Assembly: GCA_964446635.1 (NCBI GenBank)
Contig: CAYUPJ010000011.1
Location: 1 to 38,957 of the forward strand
Direction: 5' to 3'
DNA from: an uncultured Anaerolineae bacterium
GTDB taxonomy: Bacteria > Chloroflexota > Anaerolineae > VGOG01
DNA length: 38,957 nucleotides
The position numbers were made by a program, and so were the translations under genes. The notes beneath the pieces are model-generated. The model did no database searches and was not told the DNA's origin. It worked only from the letters and a program-made list of their open reading frames with translations. Positions 26,734-34,560 of this stretch are shown one piece after another (position 1 is the stretch's first letter; each line of letters begins with the position of its first letter).

Positions 26734-27733
26734 TTGCGCCTGCGATGTAAGAGCAGACCAGCTCGATCCTTATGCGCCGCTGTCCCATTTCTTTCTGGAA
26801 CTTACCACCGAGTGTAACAACGCCTGTCCCGGTTGTGGCAGCATCTATGCCCATCAGAAGAACGCGCATCCACTGCCCGCAGCCGATTGGCGCACTGTGA
26901 TCGACCGGCTACTGCCCATGACCCCTTGCCTGCGGCTCACGGGTGGGGAGCCTACGCTACACCCTGAGTTTGAGGAGATTGTCGCATACGTCAATGCCCA
27001 AGGCATTCCATTTACCGTCTTTACCAATGCCCGGTGGGAGGACCCGGATGCCGTGATCCGCATTATGGCGGATAAACAACATCTAGAGGGTATCTTGGTG
27101 TCCATTCACGGGGCACGGGCTTCCTCTCACGAAGCATTCACTGCGGCTCCTGATTCTTTTGACGAAGCGGTGGATAATACTCGCCGAGCGTCCGAGGCAG
27201 GGGTACGGGTTGTGACCAGCACTGTCATCACCCACCAGAACTATCACGAAATAGAAGAGATTGTGGCACTAACCCAAGCCATTGGGGTGGATCGAGCGAC
27301 GTTTAGCCGTTTCATTGGACCGCCTTTGCCCGAGATCGAGACAAGCGAAGGTGAGCTCGAAGTGGCTGTGCAGGCTATCGAGCTATTAATAGATAATGGA
27401 CACTATCCCGAAGGTGGCGGAGAGGCGATTCGCTACGGGGCGCCCATTCCCCGTTGTTTTACTGACAATCGTTCCAACGGGTGTATGGCGGGGTTCGTCC
27501 ATGCAACCATTGATCCGTGGGGGAACTTGCGACCATGCCCTCACGTGCCAATAATCGCGGGTAACGTGTTGGAACAAGACTTTGATACAATCTGGTATTC
27601 TCTGACTATGGAAACTTGGCGGAAGGGACTGCTGGCTCAGTGTGATGGTTGCCCCATCGCGGGTGAATGTCGCAGCGGATGTCAGGCACAGGCCATGTGG
27701 AGAAAGACATTGCGGGATCCACTTATTCAGTGA
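26726..27733 (+). CDS. radical SAM enzyme with C-terminal SPASM/twitch Cys-rich domain
   Basis: CNNACPGC is the CxxxCxxC radical-SAM cluster motif and GGEP is the SAM-binding motif. The C-terminal cysteines CFTD...CMAG...CPH...CDGCPIAGECRSGC fit a SPASM-like auxiliary-cluster domain. The start overlaps the upstream stop (ATGGGTGA). Confidence 0.85.
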   Translation: MGDCACDVRADQLDPYAPLSHFFLELTTECNNACPGCGSIYAHQKNAHPLPAADWRTVIDRLLPMTPCLRLTGGEPTLHPEFEEIVAYVNAQGIPFTVFTNARWEDPDAVIRIMADKQHLEGILVSIHGARASSHEAFTAAPDSFDEAVDNTRRASEAGVRVVTSTVITHQNYHEIEEIVALTQAIGVDRATFSRFIGPPLPEIETSEGELEVAVQAIELLIDNGHYPEGGGEAIRYGAPIPRCFTDNRSNGCMAGFVHATIDPWGNLRPCPHVPIIAGNVLEQDFDTIWYSLTMETWRKGLLAQCDGCPIAGECRSGCQAQAMWRKTLRDPLIQ

Positions 27734-27754
27734 TTCCTGTGGTTGAATGCTCGC

Positions 27755-27790
27755 AGCCCGCTGCTAAACCCAGCAGCGGGCTGTTTTGTT
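27755..27790 (+). terminator. rho-independent terminator after the radical SAM gene
   Basis: agcccgctgct aaaccc agcagcgggct gttttgttg. Confidence 0.75.
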
Positions 27791-27973
27791 GTACAATCAT
27801 CGCCAGGTTGATTGCATCTTCCAGACCCGATCTCGAATCGATCAAGGGGCACAGAAAAGGGGCTATCCTAAACCCAAGACAGCCCCATGCTCTTGAATCA
27901 ACGCTTGCTAATCTGGTCTTTCCTCCCTACACCACCTTCTCCCTCACCTTGGCGCTGGCGTAGTCCAGAGCGG

Positions 27974-29190
27974 CTACCACGATGGCCCACGTTTGTTTTC
28001 ACCATCCTCCTCGGCTACAGCCGACTGGGCTGCGGCGTACACTTCGGCCAGAGGCACGCCGTGTTCCCGCGCGATCCGCGCGCAATCTTCGTATTCTGGG
28101 GCGGAGGCGAGGGTTTCATCGCCAAGCAACTTCTCTTTGACCCGGACTGCGCCCCACGCAGTCTGGACCTCTCGCACCCTTCGCCCGGCCTTCCAGCGGT
28201 GCAGGGGTGGGGTGATGCGCAGGCCCAGGGTCGGGGTTTCGCGCAGGACAATAAGTCCCAGGGTCTCGGCCTGGCCTGCTGGAGCCAATACGGAGAGCAT
28301 GGTCGCCGGGCGGTTCTTCTTCATGAAGATGGGGGTGAACCATACGTCCAGGGCGCCGGCGGCGAACAAACGCTCCATCGCGTAGCCCAGGGCCTCGCCG
28401 GTGACGTCGTCCAGGTTGCATTCCAGGAGCACGACCTGGTCTGCCTCGGTCGGCGCGGGATGGAACGGCTCGCCCAGCCAGACGCGCAGGCTGTTGGGCC
28501 AGGGAAACTCCTTGTCACCGAAGCCGATCCCCACAGCCTGGACTTTCATCGGGGGGCGTTGGAAACGGGCCAGCTCGGCCAGGAGGGCGGCCGCAGTGGG
28601 GGTGACCAGCTCGGTTTGGGCGGGATGGGGCACGGTCGGCGCTCCCACTTCGGACAGGAGGGCCAGGGTGGCCGGTGCAGGCACTGGCAGGAGGCCGTGC
28701 TCGGTTTCGATAAACCCGCTGCCCAATGGCAGGGGCGAGGCGTAGACCGCTGTCACGTCCAGGACGTGCAGCCCGGCCACTACCCCCACGATGTCCACGA
28801 TGCTGTCCACCGCACCGATCTCGTGGAAATGGATTTCGTCTTCAGGGATGCCGTGCACGCGAGCCTCGGCGCGGGCCAGCCGTGCGAATACGGCCCGGCT
28901 GCGGGCTTTCACTTCGGGGGGAAGGGCGCTGACCTCGATGATGGCGTACACGTCCCGTGGATGGCGAGCGGGGCGTGCGCCCAATGTATCGCGCACGTGG
29001 AGCTTGCTACCAGCCATTCCGTGGCGCACCTGGCGTTCCAGCTCCAGCTCGTAGCCCTCCAGATGGAGCTTGTTCAACTCAGCTTGCAGGCGTTCCAGCG
29101 GTAGTCCCGCATCGAGTAGCGCGCCGAGCAGCATGTCGCCGCTGGCCCCACTGAAACAGTCAAAGTAAACGATTCGTGACGCTATGGTAC
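27974..29190 (-). CDS. larC: nickel-pincer cofactor biosynthesis protein LarC (nickel insertase)
   Basis: IVYFDCFSGASGDMLLGALLDAGL, HFHEIGAVDSIVDIVG, PLGSGFIETEHGLLPVPAPA, NLDDVTGE and MKKNRPATML are collinear with L. plantarum LarC. The true start is unclear (no ATG near SRIVYFDC); the track start runs through the TGCGTGT repeat. Confidence 0.85.
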
Positions 29191-29213
29191 CTCCCTGGTA
29201 TTGGGATTGAACT

Positions 29214-29243
29214 GTTGCGTGTTGCGTGTTGCGTGTTGCGTGT
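29214..29243. repeat. TGCGTGT heptamer x4
   Basis: ttgcgtgttgcgtgttgcgtgttgcgtg. It is the inverted partner of the 29728-29783 array. Confidence 0.8.
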
Positions 29244-29711
29244 CTACGGCATAGGCGGGTTGTCAAGCAGGTCTGTTAGATCCACATCGTAGGATGCCCG
29301 TTCTTCTTTCAGCTTATAGCCGCGCTCGGCGGGGATAATGGTGAGTAACAGGCGGATGATGTTGGTCAAAAGCTTAATGCGATGCGTGGCAACGGTCTCT
29401 GAGAGGACGTGTCGCCCTTGACGATACCAGCCGCGAGACTCGCGGGCCGAGCCCAGGGCATACTCGTAGAAGCGGGCTTGATCTCTACCAGACCGGCGGC
29501 TATAACCCTCGGCAACGTTGGCGCTGATGGAGCCGACGGCCCGATACAACTGATCGGCCAGACTGACAGTACGCTTGTCCTGGATCAGCCTGGACACATC
29601 TAGCCACACCAGGTCACCGACGAAGACAGCGAGCCGATAAACCTCCATCCGCCAAAGAGGGTCACCGGTGAATTCTGGAGGGACAGAAGCCAGCCAATCG
29701 TTGTAATCCAT
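29244..29711 (-). CDS. four-helix-bundle protein (23S rRNA intervening-sequence protein family, TIGR02436-like)
   Basis: YRLAVFVGDLVWLDV...LYRAVGSISANVAEGYSRRSGRDQARFYEYALGSARESRGWY is the characteristic motif set of this family. Confidence 0.7.
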   Translation of the reverse strand: MDYNDWLASVPPEFTGDPLWRMEVYRLAVFVGDLVWLDVSRLIQDKRTVSLADQLYRAVGSISANVAEGYSRRSGRDQARFYEYALGSARESRGWYRQGRHVLSETVATHRIKLLTNIIRLLLTIIPAERGYKLKEERASYDVDLTDLLDNPPMP

Positions 29712-29727
29712 TGAGAGCTCCTTCTAA

Positions 29728-29783
29728 CCACGCAACACGCAATACGCACCACGCAATACGCACCACGCAATACGCACCACGCC
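29728..29783. repeat. ACGCAAY/ACGCACC heptamer x8
   Basis: accacgcaacacgcaatacgcaccacgcaatacgcaccacgcaatacgcaccacgcc. Reverse-complement family of the 29214-29243 array; together they flank the four-helix-bundle gene. Confidence 0.8.
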
Positions 29784-29834
29784 ATCACCCTTTTGGGTAA
29801 AACCGAACTGTTCTCAAGTATTCATCGGATTTGA

Positions 29835-30536
29835 TTACTGGGCTCTTCGTCTGGCAGCGGCGGCGCGATTGGCGATGAGGCCGGCCATGGCCGCCGCGCC
29901 GATGCCGTTGTCAATGTTGACTACGGCCATGCCAGGTGAACAGGTCTGAAGCATGGTCAACAGTGCTGCCACCCCCTGACCGCCCAACCCATAGCCGATT
30001 GAGGTGGGCAGGCCGATGACCGGCACGTCCACCAGGCCGCTGACCACCGACGGCAACGCGCCGTCCATTCCCGCGGCAACGATGATCACGTCCACCTGCG
30101 CCTGATTCAACAAACGCTCCAACGGCTCGAACAGGCGGTGCAGGCCGGCCACCCCCACGTCGTAGGCGGTGTGTACCTGGCAGCCCATCTCTCGACAGAG
30201 CACTGCTGCTTCCTCGGCGATGGGCACGTCTGAGGTGCCCGCCGTGAGGATGCCGACCCGTCCCCCCGAATCCGGAGGGGCGGTGCCGGGGCGGCGCAGA
30301 ACCATTGCCCGTGGGACAGGATGCCACTCGATGTCGAAGGAGGCGAATTCAGCCCGCAGGCACGCTTCCATCTCCGGCGGGACGCGGCTGAGGATCGCCC
30401 GCCCCTCGATCTCCAGGAAGCGGCGAGTGATCTCCAGTATCTGGCTGGCATCCTTGCGCTCGGCCAGGATGACCTCAGGCACACCCTTGCGCGCCTGGCG
30501 GTGGAAATCTGGGCAGGCGAATTGGGGCTCAGTCAT
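29835..30536 (-). CDS. larB: nickel-pincer cofactor biosynthesis protein LarB (PurE-like carboxylase/hydrolase)
   Basis: C-terminal PurE-like core VDVIIVAAGMDGALPSVVSGLVDVPVIGLPTSIGYGLGGQGVAALL. Position between larC and larE. Confidence 0.7.
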   Translation of the reverse strand: MTEPQFACPDFHRQARKGVPEVILAERKDASQILEITRRFLEIEGRAILSRVPPEMEACLRAEFASFDIEWHPVPRAMVLRRPGTAPPDSGGRVGILTAGTSDVPIAEEAAVLCREMGCQVHTAYDVGVAGLHRLFEPLERLLNQAQVDVIIVAAGMDGALPSVVSGLVDVPVIGLPTSIGYGLGGQGVAALLTMLQTCSPGMAVVNIDNGIGAAAMAGLIANRAAAARRRAQ

Positions 30537-31380
30537 GCTTCAGAACCTCGTTCATGCTGCCGGAACGGAAGCCAGCCAGGTCGAGGGCCACGTAGACGTA
30601 GCCCAGCTCCCGCAGGCGAGCCACGATGCGGGCCCGCGCATCTTCGGCCAGCAGACGCGACCAGTCGGCGGTTTCGATCTCCAGGCGGGCGACAGGATGG
30701 TGGTCACGCACGCGGAGACTCTCCAGCCCGAACTCGGCGCGCAGGAAGGCCTCCGCTGCCTCCACGCGGTGCAGCCCTTCCCCGGTGAGCTGTGTGCCAT
30801 AGGGAAAGCGGGTGGCCAGGCAAGCCTGGGCAGGCCGGTTCCACACGGCTAGCCCTTTCTCGCGGGCCAGTCGGCGTATCTCCGCCTTGGTCAGCCCGGC
30901 CTCCAGCAGCGGGGCGCGCACGCCCAACTCCTGGGCAGCGCGGTTGCCCGGCCGATAGTCGCCCGCGTCGTCGGCGTTGGCGCCGTGGACCACGTGGGCC
31001 TGCCCTGAGCCCCGTCGAAGGGCCAGCCCTTCTTCCTGGGCGCTGGCGATGATGGCGGCCAACACCTCGCGCTTGCACCAATAGCAGCGGTCCGGAGGGT
31101 TAGCGGAGAAACGAGGGTTGTCCAGCGGGTGGAGGCGGATGGTGCGATGGCGCACGCCCAGGTGGTGGGCAAGCTCACGCGCGGCGGCGATTTCCTCGCG
31201 GGGATGAATCTCGGCGTCGGCAGTGACGGCCAGCACGTTTTCCGAGCCGAGCACGTCCAGGCACTCTGCCAGCAGATAAGTGCTGTCCACCCCGCCGGAG
31301 AAGGCTACTACGGCGCTGCCGATCTCAGCGATAATCTGCCTCAGGCGCGCCGTCTTTCGCCCATTCGCCCATTCGCCCAT
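30529..31380 (-). CDS. larE: ATP-dependent sacrificial sulfur transferase LarE (PP-loop ATPase)
   Basis: PP-loop VAFSGGVDSTYLL. CYWCKRE. ACLATRFPYGTQLT corresponds to the LarE sacrificial Cys loop (SCSVSSRFPYGT). C-terminal YVALDLAGFRSGSMN. The N-terminus is ambiguous: three in-frame ATGs lie inside the CATTCGCCC nonamer repeat. Confidence 0.8.
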   Translation of the reverse strand: MGEWANGRKTARLRQIIAEIGSAVVAFSGGVDSTYLLAECLDVLGSENVLAVTADAEIHPREEIAAARELAHHLGVRHRTIRLHPLDNPRFSANPPDRCYWCKREVLAAIIASAQEEGLALRRGSGQAHVVHGANADDAGDYRPGNRAAQELGVRAPLLEAGLTKAEIRRLAREKGLAVWNRPAQACLATRFPYGTQLTGEGLHRVEAAEAFLRAEFGLESLRVRDHHPVARLEIETADWSRLLAEDARARIVARLRELGYVYVALDLAGFRSGSMNEVLKHD

Positions 31381-31429
31381 TCGCTCATTCGCCCATTCGC
31401 TCATTCGCCCATTCGCCCATTCGCCCATT
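31356..31429. repeat. CATTCGCYC nonamer x8 at the 5' end of larE (in-frame, period 9)
   Basis: cattcgcccattcgcccattcgctcattcgcccattcgctcattcgcccattcgcccattcgcccatt. On the minus strand it encodes MGEWANGRMSEWANERMGEWANGR. Confidence 0.85.
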
Positions 31430-31458
31430 TTGTTGTCGGAACATCTGCCTCCTACCAG

Positions 31459-32745
31459 CTACTGGTTCCAGGCCCCTCGGCTGGGAACGTCAACGGTGAT
31501 GAGGATGGGGTCAACGCGGTTCTGGACGATCTCGACCCCCTCGTGGATCAGCCCCGCCCATAGATAAAAAGGGTTGCGCGGTGGCTTGTCCAGAATCTGG
31601 ATGGCCCCGCTGATGGTCACCCTTTGGCCCGGCTGGAGGTAGTAGAATACATCATCCCCTTTGACCACCGCCTCCAGCTCATCGTGCCGGCCCAGGGACC
31701 AGCGGAAGGGGTAGGAATACCCGGGATTCTCCTCGAAATCTATTCCCAAGCGCCACGCTCCGTCCGATTGATACCACTCCAGGGTGCTGAAGTTCTGGCG
31801 GCTGGTGTAGGTGATCCCCGGCTGCGGGCCGGTGGTGCGAACGGGGGTATCGCCGTAGTTCTCCACGGTGGCCGTGAAATACAGCGTCGCTCCCAGGGGG
31901 ATGGTGAGGGAGGTAAAGTCCCCCCGTAGCCCCTCGTTCGAGGAATACTCCACCACGGCGTTGATGATGTCGGCGCGGGGCACGCCGCCGTGCTGGATGG
32001 TCAGGATGCTCTGCTCCTCTACGCGCTGGCCCACCAGGTCCTCGGCGATGGCCACCACGGTGTAGGTCCCATCGGGCGGCGGGACAGCTCCCAGATCAAC
32101 GCCTCCCTCGTAGTCGTACTGATGCAGGCCCACCTCTCCTGGTTTGATTCTCTGCGACACCGTCTCAGGGAGGAAAACCTTCTCACCCACCTCACTGAGG
32201 AGATAGACCCGCACGGTGGCCGGTTTGGGGAGGAAGTAGTTGATGGTCACGTGGTCGTCCACGCCGTCGCGGTTGGGGGTGAAAACTGGGGGGGAGACGG
32301 AGAAGCCCCGCAGCTCAGGAAGGGTGGTGTCGGCGTCAACGATGGTCAGGCTGCCCTCTGCCCTCTCGGTGTGGCCACTGTCGTCGGTGGCCTCGACCAC
32401 CCAGGTGTACTGCCCATCGGGCAACAGGCGCCTCTTGACCGGCCCCCCTTGAGGCACATCCACCACCCCGCTGAACAGGGTCCAGTAAGACTCTGGTTGG
32501 GCGGAACGGCGCTCTCCATTTCGATGGTAGTGTCGCTCTCCGGCTTGGTCAACGAAGTAGACAGACACACTGGCGTTGCGGGAAAGCTTGTAGAGGACAT
32601 TGGCGGCATCGTCGTGCCCGTCGGCGTTGGGTGAGATCACAGTGGGGTAGAACTCCACGTCGTAGAGCACAGGGCGGGCTGAGCATCCCGCCACGTTTAG
32701 TCCTACCAGGGTCAAGCCGATGACTAACGCTAGGGAGAAGTATTT
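31459..32745 (-). CDS. secreted lipoprotein with FlgD-Ig-like repeats
   Basis: Probable TTG start gives MKYFSLALVIGLTLVGLNVAGCS (lipobox LNVAGC). Repeated ISPNADGHDD and FTPNRDGVDD motifs are typical of FlgD Ig-like / T9SS-type beta-sandwich domains. Confidence 0.55.
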   Translation of the reverse strand, partial: KYFSLALVIGLTLVGLNVAGCSARPVLYDVEFYPTVISPNADGHDDAANVLYKLSRNASVSVYFVDQAGERHYHRNGERRSAQPESYWTLFSGVVDVPQGGPVKRRLLPDGQYTWVVEATDDSGHTERAEGSLTIVDADTTLPELRGFSVSPPVFTPNRDGVDDHVTINYFLPKPATVRVYLLSEVGEKVFLPETVSQRIKPGEVGLHQYDYEGGVDLGAVPPPDGTYTVVAIAEDLVGQRVEEQSILTIQHGGVPRADIINAVVEYSSNEGLRGDFTSLTIPLGATLYFTATVENYGDTPVRTTGPQPGITYTSRQNFSTLEWYQSDGAWRLGIDFEENPGYSYPFRWSLGRHDELEAVVKGDDVFYYLQPGQRVTISGAIQILDKPPRNPFYLWAGLIHEGVEIVQNRVDPILITVDVPSRGAWNQ

Positions 32746-32997
32746 CAAATTAGCAGTACCTCCTACCCCCTCCCTCACCCTCCCCCGTCAAGACGGGGGA
32801 GGGCAGGGGTGGGGGATTGCAGCTTTGTCAGCTTGAAGTTTACCAGATTGTGGCCGAATAGTCAAGGCCGTTTTCCCGATTTTACTTTTTGCCTCAATTG
32901 GTATAGAATAAGCACCGAACTGGTGAGGGGGGATGTTAACCTAGCCATTTTGGATCCACTGATGCTGAGTAGAAAACGAAATCGGGAGGGTTAGCTG

Positions 32998-34560
32998 ATG
33001 AAAGCCATACTTCCAGTAAAACGTCAAACGTCAAACGTCAAGCGTCCAACTTCCAACTTCCAGCTTCCAACTTCCAACTTCAAAGTTGTCCTGGCGAGCT
33101 TGCTGATCAGCTTGTTGGTGCTGGTCTTCCCTCAAATGCTGAGGGTGGAGGGGGCGACGGTTCCCCCAGTGGAGGCCAGCGACAATGGGCTGCTATATAG
33201 AGCCAGGATCGTGCTCAGCACGTCCTCCGATTGGACACGGCTCTACGTTCGCAGCGGGGAGCGAATTCTCAACGTCCAAACCACGATCCTGCAGGGCAAC
33301 GCCGCCACAACGCGAGTTGGGTGGAACAAGGACGAGCTCTACCTGGAGCAACCTCTGACCGACGCTCTGACCAATCTGGTCAAGGTGCAGTACGATTTGG
33401 TGATGACAGGCCTCGAGAAGGACACCCATCTCTTCTTTGAGAATCAGAAAGGCGATTTGGGCGTTGCCACGGCGGAGCTCTATAACTACAACTCGCAGAT
33501 AGCCACCCCTATCGCCTCTTGGTCCAATTTGCTTGATGTTTCGGGTGATCCTGCCAACCCCTTCTCCTTCTCTATAGCTGATTCCCACTTCACCACGGGT
33601 GGCCCTCTGCCCCAGTCCCCTGTGTTTCCCAAATTGGTCTTGGCTTTCTACTATCCTTGGTATGATGCTGATTCCTGGTCGAGTCCCGTTCTCGAGGATC
33701 ATCCTCTTCTTCCCTATAGCTCTGACGACCTGGAGGCCATCACCCGGCACGTCACCTGGGCGCGGCAGTACGGCATTAACGGCTTCATCTCCTCTTGGTG
33801 GGGTTCGGGTAACTATCGGGACATGAACTTCGCCAAACTCCTCACCGCAATAGAAGGCACCGATTTCAGGGCCACCATCTACTTTGAGACCCTCAGCGAA
33901 CGTTTTCGGACAACTCAAGATGTGATCAATCAGTTGGAGTACGTCTTGGCTTCCTACAGCCATCACCCCAACTTCTTGCGCCATCGCGGTAAGCCAGTGG
34001 TTTTCCTCTACGCGGTTGAAAGCGTGGTCAGAAACCCGGGCCAAAGCCCTCTCCAGGCCTGGCAGGCCATCCTCGGTCAAATCCGAGCCGATGGCTACGA
34101 TGCGGTGTGGATCGGCCAGACCTTTGATCCGAGCTATCTGGAGGTGTTCGATGGCCTGCATGCCTATGGCTTCTATGCCCCAGATCTACCCGAAATATAT
34201 TCCTTGGTTTCAGGACAGGTGAGGGCCTATCCGTTCCTGCAGGACCCAAACGCTGGGAGGAAAATCTGGGCGCCGGCGGTGATGCCTGGCTATGATGATG
34301 ACCTCTTGCGTCGGCCTAACTCCTGGTATCTCGATCGAGCTGGTGGCGATACCTATGGCTTCACTTTCCAGGCGGCCATCCAGTCCCAGGCCGATTGGAT
34401 TGTCATCACCAGCTTCAACGAGTGGTGGGAGCATACCCACATTGAGCCCAGCGAACGCCACGGTTTTACTTACCTTGAGCTGACCAAGCAATGGTCAGAC
34501 ACCTTTCTAGCAGGAGCTCTTCACCCCGTTCTCCTGCCCATACTCACCAAGAACTGGTAA
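32998..34560 (+). CDS. secreted TIM-barrel glycoside hydrolase-like protein (GH99-like YYPWY motif)
   Basis: GGGAGGG RBS 7 nt before ATG 32998. A long basic n-region is encoded by heptamer repeats, followed by the hydrophobic stretch VVLASLLISLLVLVFP. Core has AFYYPWYDADSW...GINGFISSWWGSG. Confidence 0.45.
   Translation: MKAILPVKRQTSNVKRPTSNFQLPTSNFKVVLASLLISLLVLVFPQMLRVEGATVPPVEASDNGLLYRARIVLSTSSDWTRLYVRSGERILNVQTTILQGNAATTRVGWNKDELYLEQPLTDALTNLVKVQYDLVMTGLEKDTHLFFENQKGDLGVATAELYNYNSQIATPIASWSNLLDVSGDPANPFSFSIADSHFTTGGPLPQSPVFPKLVLAFYYPWYDADSWSSPVLEDHPLLPYSSDDLEAITRHVTWARQYGINGFISSWWGSGNYRDMNFAKLLTAIEGTDFRATIYFETLSERFRTTQDVINQLEYVLASYSHHPNFLRHRGKPVVFLYAVESVVRNPGQSPLQAWQAILGQIRADGYDAVWIGQTFDPSYLEVFDGLHAYGFYAPDLPEIYSLVSGQVRAYPFLQDPNAGRKIWAPAVMPGYDDDLLRRPNSWYLDRAGGDTYGFTFQAAIQSQADWIVITSFNEWWEHTHIEPSERHGFTYLELTKQWSDTFLAGALHPVLLPILTKNW
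33019..33085. repeat. CGTCAAA x3 followed by CAACTTC/CAGCTTC x5 heptamers inside the 5' end of the GH99-like gene
   Basis: aacgtcaaacgtcaaacgtcaagcgtc caacttccaacttccagcttccaacttccaacttcaaag. Confidence 0.8.

Noticed and set aside
27887-29104. 405-aa plus-strand ORF and several 65-130 aa ORFs (27993-28385, 28116-28421, 28401-28745 and others)
   Set aside because: They are antisense or out of frame within larC (27974-29190), which has unmistakable LarC motifs. These are GC-rich artefacts.
29911-31178. Arg/Gly/Pro-rich ORFs on both strands across larB and larE (29911-30327, 30107-30484, 30169-30852, 30321-30788, 30704-31081, 30792-31052, 30891-31178)
   Set aside because: The frame is incompatible with the LarB and LarE calls. 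The composition is typical of alternative-frame translation of GC-rich coding sequence.
31990-32634. 214-aa plus-strand ORF and other plus-strand ORFs (31624-31929, 31868-32065, 32240-32452)
   Set aside because: They are antisense to the lipoprotein gene (31459-32745), which has a lipobox signal peptide and repeated FlgD-Ig motifs.
33193-34161. 322-aa minus-strand ORF
   Set aside because: It is antisense to the GH99-like gene, which has an RBS, a signal peptide and a conserved YYPWY core.
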